IMG/VR virus record: IMGVR_UViG_3300005804_000102
Span: 1-33,004 of that record
DNA length: 33,004 bases
Source of the DNA: a virus
Lineage: Duplodnaviria > Caudoviricetes
Strand: one strand, 5' to 3'
Positions 28,263-33,004 of this stretch are shown here, in pieces. The notes beneath the pieces were generated by a model. That model was not told where the DNA came from, did not search any database, and saw nothing but the letters and a program-made list of their open reading frames with translations. A program made the translations under genes and the position numbers. Position 1 is the first letter of the stretch, and each line of letters begins with the position of its first letter.

Positions 28263-29044
28263 ACAGCATCATCTCCTGGGTAGGCGGCAAGCGTATCCTT
28301 AGAAAGAAGATACTACCTCTGATACCCAAGCATGACATCTACTGCGAAGTCTTTGGTGGTGCTGCCTGGATACTGTTCGGAAAGAGTGCCAATAAGGAAG
28401 ACTGGCAATTGTCCAAGAAGAGTCGCTATACTGAGGTCTATAACGATATCAATGGCGATCTGGTCAACTTCTGGAAGTACATCAAGAACCATCCCGAAGC
28501 CTTCGTTACTGAGCTAAACAACTATCTGATCGCCAGGGAGATGTTCGATAACTTCATGAAACATGAGCCCAGAACCGAGCTGGAGAGAGCGATCAAGTTC
28601 TACTACAACCTCGCCTGCAGTTATGGCTCACGATCCAAGAACTTCTGCGTCAACCAAGGCTACAAGTACATGCCCCTGAGGAATCTGGACAAGGTGAAGG
28701 ATGCCTCGGAACGCCTCCGGCACGTGATCATCGAGAAACAGCCTTGGGAGAAGATCGTAGCCCGGTTCGACCAGCCTCATACCTTCTTCTATCTGGACCC
28801 TCCCTATTATACCAAGGAGCACATCTACGAACGTGAGGACGCAGATGCCTTCAACCAGCATGAAGAGCTGGCGGAAGCCCTCAAACAAATCAAAGGCAAG
28901 TTCCTGCTATCCTACAACAACGATCCTTACATCAAGCAGCTATACGATGGCTGCATCATTGATGAAGTCGAGACGCAGTACTCTGTCTCTGGAGCGTTCC
29001 AGACTGAAGTAGAACTGCTTATTAGAAACTTCAGAGAACGTTAA
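28259..29044 (+). CDS. D12-class (Dam-like) N6-adenine DNA methyltransferase 2
   Basis: WVGGK, EVFGG, YNDIN and DPPY motifs; ATGA-coupled to MTase 1. Confidence 0.92.
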   Translation: MNSIISWVGGKRILRKKILPLIPKHDIYCEVFGGAAWILFGKSANKEDWQLSKKSRYTEVYNDINGDLVNFWKYIKNHPEAFVTELNNYLIAREMFDNFMKHEPRTELERAIKFYYNLACSYGSRSKNFCVNQGYKYMPLRNLDKVKDASERLRHVIIEKQPWEKIVARFDQPHTFFYLDPPYYTKEHIYEREDADAFNQHEELAEALKQIKGKFLLSYNNDPYIKQLYDGCIIDEVETQYSVSGAFQTEVELLIRNFRER

Positions 29045-29324
29045 TGGCAGTGGTAAAGAACTGTAAAGTGAATCCTGCTGCAAGTGCTATAAAGGCAAAT
29101 GCGTTGGTTCTACGATTAACCCTTACTACCCGTTCAAAGTCTTTTTCCCAACCATTTGGAAACCACTGTTCGTCGTCCATTGAATCAATCGTCATGTTGC
29201 TCTCAATACGTTTGAACGAGTTGATGATAGTTTTTATCAGTTCCTTGTTTGACGTGACTAAAACTAATGCCCCAATCATGTTCAAACCTAAGCCAATCAA
29301 AGTAAGTATTCCATTCATATTCAT
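29031..29324 (-). CDS. Small two-TM membrane protein (antisense moron)
   Basis: ATG 29324 after GGAG; TM segments ILTLIGLGLNMIGALVLV and AFAFIALAAGFTLQFF; AT-richer than neighbours. Confidence 0.7.
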   Translation of the reverse strand: MNMNGILTLIGLGLNMIGALVLVTSNKELIKTIINSFKRIESNMTIDSMDDEQWFPNGWEKDFERVVRVNRRTNAFAFIALAAGFTLQFFTTAINVL

Positions 29325-29372
29325 ATCTCCTGATTCCCAAACAAATAGAAATCGGAATCTCGTCAATATGTT

Positions 29373-32354
29373 ATGCCAGACCTAACCTTTAAACTCGTCC
29401 TCGTCACTAATGATGCCAGCCTCAAGCTTGCTGAAGTCAAGCAGGAGGCGGAGTCTACTCAGTCTGCTGTAGAGAAGCCTGCTGCGGTCAAGATCACAGC
29501 GGAACAGGCTCTGGCTACCATACGTGACGTTAAGATCGCAGTGGATGGAGTCCTTCAGGTAGTGGGCGGTCTGGTTAGATCTATGAATGGTCTGTTGGAT
29601 GCATCACTTGGTCAAAGACAGGCCATGACCCTGGCTTCGGTAGCGTTCGGCGATGCCGCTACTGAGATGGGCAACTTCGCTTCCTCGATGCAGCAGGTAA
29701 CTAACTTTGAGGATGACAAGATGCTGTCTCTGATGGCTAAGTTGTCCCAAACCTTTAAGCTGAACAAGGATGAGATTCAACAGCTTGTGCCGGTATTGCT
29801 TGACTTTACTGAAGCCAACAAAGCTACCGGGATGAGCGTTGAGAGTGCATTTGATCTCATGGGTCGTGCTCTGAATGGGCATACCGAGATGTTGGGCAGA
29901 TATGGCATTGAGCTGGATGATACCCGTTTGAAGACAGAAGGGGTATCCTATCTGGTGGAGAAGCTAGGTGAGGACTATGGCGGAACTGCAACTGCTTTGG
30001 CTGATTTGCGTTTGCAGAATGCCAATGCCTGGGGAGACATCCAAGAGACGGTTGGCGATATGCTGACCACTCTGATAAATCCTCTGCTCAAGGGTTTGAA
30101 GCTGCTCATGGATGCCTATAACAGCCTGTCTCCGGTCATGAAAGGTTTTGTAGCAGGTATCGTTATCGCTATACCGGTTATCGGCACAGTCACCACTGCG
30201 GTAATAGCTCTCACAGCCGCTTATCATGCCATGCAGGTAGCTATGAACCCGGTAGCGGGAATCATCGGTATAGCGGTAGGTGCCTTGTCTGCCTTGGGCT
30301 TCGGACTGGCTGCGGCATCCGCTAAGACTGATGAAGTTAGTGTTGCCCAGAGAAGCATGAAAGACGAGATCAAGGATGCAGAACGTCAGGTCTCAGTCGA
30401 AGCTGAGAAGTTCAGTCTCTTGGCTAATCGCTTGCTGGAGCTTCGCTCTGCCACTTCACTCACAGCCGCAGATAAGCGGGAGATGAAGAACGTCATCAAG
30501 TCCTTGAATGACAACTACTCGGAGTATCTTGGCAATATCAATCTAGAGACAGCCGCCTACAATAACCTGGCTACAGCACTCCGGGCAGCATCCGAAGCAT
30601 TAGTTCAAAAGAAGATCTCAGAAATCTATGGCGAGAGATACAATGCTCAGGTGCAGAGGGTAGCAGAACTGCAGATCGAACTGGATGAGAAGCGAGCAGA
30701 ATACAATACCGCCAATGCTCGGATGAACCAGTTGAAAGCATCTGTGGACTGGGAGTTCTTGACCAGTGATCGTAACGCAATGGGCTTCAATCCAGCCTCC
30801 TACTTCGGTAACGATGGTGAGTGGATGAAGCTGGAACGGACGATCAACTCATTTGGAGCCTTATCGGGACGTCTGCAAGCCGCCAAATACGATCTGCAAG
30901 CTCTGGGCGACGCCTATCGCAAGGCCATGCTGGAAGTGCCTGATCTCACCTTCGATAATGGCGGTGGTGGAGGAGGAGGCAGCGCTCCCGCTCCGGCACC
31001 CAGTCCCGCAGCCACAGAAGCAGAATCCAGACGCAAGGAAGCGTTACGCTTGATGGAAGAGCTTGCCCGACTGAGGCAGACTGAGACTGTTCGCATTGAA
31101 ACCGAATACCAGAGAAGGTTAGCCCTGATCAGGGAGTTTACTCAAGATGGCAGTGATGCGGAACGTCAGGCTATCGAGAACCTGGATGCCTGGAAGACCC
31201 AACAGGATAATGAAATCACCACCAATGAAAAGGATGCCGTCCAATCCAGATACAAAGCTGAGATCGACTACTTCTCCAATCTGGAGAACTTGGGAGTCGA
31301 TTCCTATGCCGCTCTCAAAGCCAGCATGGAAGAGTATTATGCCTGGGCTTTGCAGAACCTTCCTCAGCAAGAGCAGCAACTGATCCAAGCTCAGATAGCC
31401 GAGGTCGATGCCCGACACGTCAAACTGCTTCAGGAGCGTCAGGATGAAGAGCGAGCCAAGCTGCAAGAACTACAGGATATCCGGGACGAGTTCTACTCTC
31501 GTGATCTCGATAACATCGGTGATAGCTACAGCAAGCAGCTTCTGGAAGTGGATCGTTACTATGAGAGGATGAAAGAGAAACTCCTTGCTGCAGGGATGAC
31601 CGAGGTTGAGATCGAACGGCAGAAACAGGAGACTCTCAATACCCTCAGAACCAACCACCAACTGCAGGTAGCTAGTGGCATCTCCAAGATCTTCGGTGAT
31701 CTGGCTGCAGCCCAGGACAAGGACACTGAGCGTGGTTTCAAGCTCTGGAAAGCCTCGGCTATGGCTCAAGGCTATGTGGATACCTTCTCAGCCGCTATCG
31801 GAGCCTATAAGTCCATGATCGGTATTCCCGTAGTGGGACCCGGATTGGCAGTGGCGGCAGCCGCGGCTGCGATGGCTGCCGGTATCGCCAATATCGCCAG
31901 GATCAGTGCCACCAAGTTTGAGAAGAAAGCCACTGGTGGTCTCTTAACCGGACCCTCCCACAATCAGGGTGGTATCCTGATCGAAGCTGAGGGGGATGAA
32001 TACGTCACTGCCAAGGATCGAGTTAAAGCCTTGGGCAGGAACCTCTTTGACTTCCTCAACTTCGCCCCTTTGAATCAGGTCAAGCTTGCCTTTGCCGGGA
32101 TGCCTGTTCCCTCAGTGCCTATTCCCAGCAGTATGGGCTCATATTATGCCGCTGGTGGCACTATCTCTTCCGGAGGCGGTATGAATACCCTGATTGATCT
32201 GATTGCCGCCCTGAAAGACGAGATCGTCTCACTCAAGCAAACGGTGATGGACTCCAAGCCTATCATCGAGGTGAAGGTCGATCCACTCTCCAATGATCCG
32301 GTCAAGGTCTCAGAGTTAGCCGATACAGGTAAGATGATCAGGAGCGAGATCTAA
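29373..32354 (+). CDS. Tail tape measure protein
   Basis: 993-aa Ala-rich helical protein with central hydrophobic segments, coiled coils and C-terminal ATGG...GPSH..GG motif. Confidence 0.9.
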   Translation: MPDLTFKLVLVTNDASLKLAEVKQEAESTQSAVEKPAAVKITAEQALATIRDVKIAVDGVLQVVGGLVRSMNGLLDASLGQRQAMTLASVAFGDAATEMGNFASSMQQVTNFEDDKMLSLMAKLSQTFKLNKDEIQQLVPVLLDFTEANKATGMSVESAFDLMGRALNGHTEMLGRYGIELDDTRLKTEGVSYLVEKLGEDYGGTATALADLRLQNANAWGDIQETVGDMLTTLINPLLKGLKLLMDAYNSLSPVMKGFVAGIVIAIPVIGTVTTAVIALTAAYHAMQVAMNPVAGIIGIAVGALSALGFGLAAASAKTDEVSVAQRSMKDEIKDAERQVSVEAEKFSLLANRLLELRSATSLTAADKREMKNVIKSLNDNYSEYLGNINLETAAYNNLATALRAASEALVQKKISEIYGERYNAQVQRVAELQIELDEKRAEYNTANARMNQLKASVDWEFLTSDRNAMGFNPASYFGNDGEWMKLERTINSFGALSGRLQAAKYDLQALGDAYRKAMLEVPDLTFDNGGGGGGGSAPAPAPSPAATEAESRRKEALRLMEELARLRQTETVRIETEYQRRLALIREFTQDGSDAERQAIENLDAWKTQQDNEITTNEKDAVQSRYKAEIDYFSNLENLGVDSYAALKASMEEYYAWALQNLPQQEQQLIQAQIAEVDARHVKLLQERQDEERAKLQELQDIRDEFYSRDLDNIGDSYSKQLLEVDRYYERMKEKLLAAGMTEVEIERQKQETLNTLRTNHQLQVASGISKIFGDLAAAQDKDTERGFKLWKASAMAQGYVDTFSAAIGAYKSMIGIPVVGPGLAVAAAAAAMAAGIANIARISATKFEKKATGGLLTGPSHNQGGILIEAEGDEYVTAKDRVKALGRNLFDFLNFAPLNQVKLAFAGMPVPSVPIPSSMGSYYAAGGTISSGGGMNTLIDLIAALKDEIVSLKQTVMDSKPIIEVKVDPLSNDPVKVSELADTGKMIRSEI

Positions 32355-33004
32355 TGCCCAACCTGTTCAAGATCGACTTTATCCAGGGCAAGACCGATGC
32401 GACAGATTACAACCAAGTAAAGCATAGTCTTATCGATACGGCAACCAACAGAGCGATCATCAGCCTATCCGTATCAGCCGATAAGCTGCAGTCGGTATCA
32501 AACTACTCCAGAGAACCCAAGCGGTTAGTATTCGAGTGCTTTCCCACTACCTGGATAGATGATAACATCCTCACTGGCAATAACGAGCATGAGCGTTACA
32601 TCTCCCACTTCGAGGTGAAGGTATATCGGGATAGCAGCTTGTTCTTCACTGGCATTATCGATACCTCGCAGCTATCCTTTGACGTATCCTCCGGCATCCT
32701 TAAGATCACCTGCTACGATAAGATCAAGCTGCTCTCCCTGTACTCCGATCTCACTCACTACTATTCGCTTACGGCAGGATATCAGCCCCAATGGATACTT
32801 GGTTACTTCTTGCAGGACATTGAGCAGAAAATACCCATCGATGTACCCTACTCCAACCAGTTTACTCTGCCCACTTTGAACATCGGTACCGGAGATCTTA
32901 TCACCATCGCCCATATTGACTTCGATGATCTGATCGCCTTTCCCAACCCTACCGGAGGCTGGACCTATACCTATGATAGTACCGGCTGGCCGGGTCCGAT
33001 CTGG
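32354..33004 (+). CDS. Tail/baseplate protein downstream of tape measure (partial, runs off window)
   Basis: ATG 32354 overlaps the TMP stop; manual translation MPNLFKIDFIQGKT...LFFTGIID...ITCYD stays open to the window end. Confidence 0.75.
   Translation, partial: MPNLFKIDFIQGKTDATDYNQVKHSLIDTATNRAIISLSVSADKLQSVSNYSREPKRLVFECFPTTWIDDNILTGNNEHERYISHFEVKVYRDSSLFFTGIIDTSQLSFDVSSGILKITCYDKIKLLSLYSDLTHYYSLTAGYQPQWILGYFLQDIEQKIPIDVPYSNQFTLPTLNIGTGDLITIAHIDFDDLIAFPNPTGGWTYTYDSTGWPGPIW

Larger units (their letters stand above)
1865..33004 (+). mobile_element. Mu-like transposable prophage with siphovirus-type morphogenesis genes (right end outside window)
   Basis: Repressor / HTH / DDE transposase / AAA ATPase early block followed by terminase, head and tail genes. 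The left boundary is inferred from the end-like motif at 1865. Confidence 0.92.

Noticed and set aside
29044-29385. 113-aa plus-strand ORF
   Set aside because: Shadow of the antisense membrane gene, which has an RBS and coherent TM segments.
30960-31010. GGN/CCN low-complexity run
   Set aside because: Encodes an in-frame Gly/Pro linker of the tape measure protein, not an independent repeat.
4139-32914. Many short antisense or alternate-frame ORFs over phage genes
   Set aside because: They overlap well-supported genes and lack RBSs or motifs; expected from codon bias.
14652-33004. Diversity-generating retroelement or invertible tail segment
   Set aside because: No reverse transcriptase, invertase or template/variable repeat pair seen in this window; tail-fibre genes lie outside it.

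Overview
Most of the window (about 1865 to >33004) is a Mu-like transposable prophage, and its right end lies outside the window. It carries an S24-type repressor, a MuA-like DDE transposase, a MuB-like ATPase, terminase, a PBSX/HK97-type head and a siphovirus-type tail with a -1 frameshifted tail chaperone and a tape measure protein. It sits next to a host mscS gene. The host is probably Cloacimonadota/FCB group, inferred from the NYPNPFNP...YNIKGQ secretion tail. The left junction appears nested: a 341-bp non-coding element with 28-bp terminal inverted repeats, then an inverted decayed remnant of a related phage (repressor fragment plus sub-terminal DNA), then the probable left end of the intact prophage. 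All three ends start TATAA rather than Mu's TG. The relatives use a repeated TGTCCAA motif where the intact phage uses TGTCACA. A ~9.7-kb cargo block splits the head genes and holds a single-chain restriction-modification enzyme plus two T9SS-type secreted proteins. Two tandem Dam-like methyltransferases and an antisense membrane-protein gene separate the tail chaperone from the tape measure gene. All calls come from reading motifs by eye; no database searches were run.
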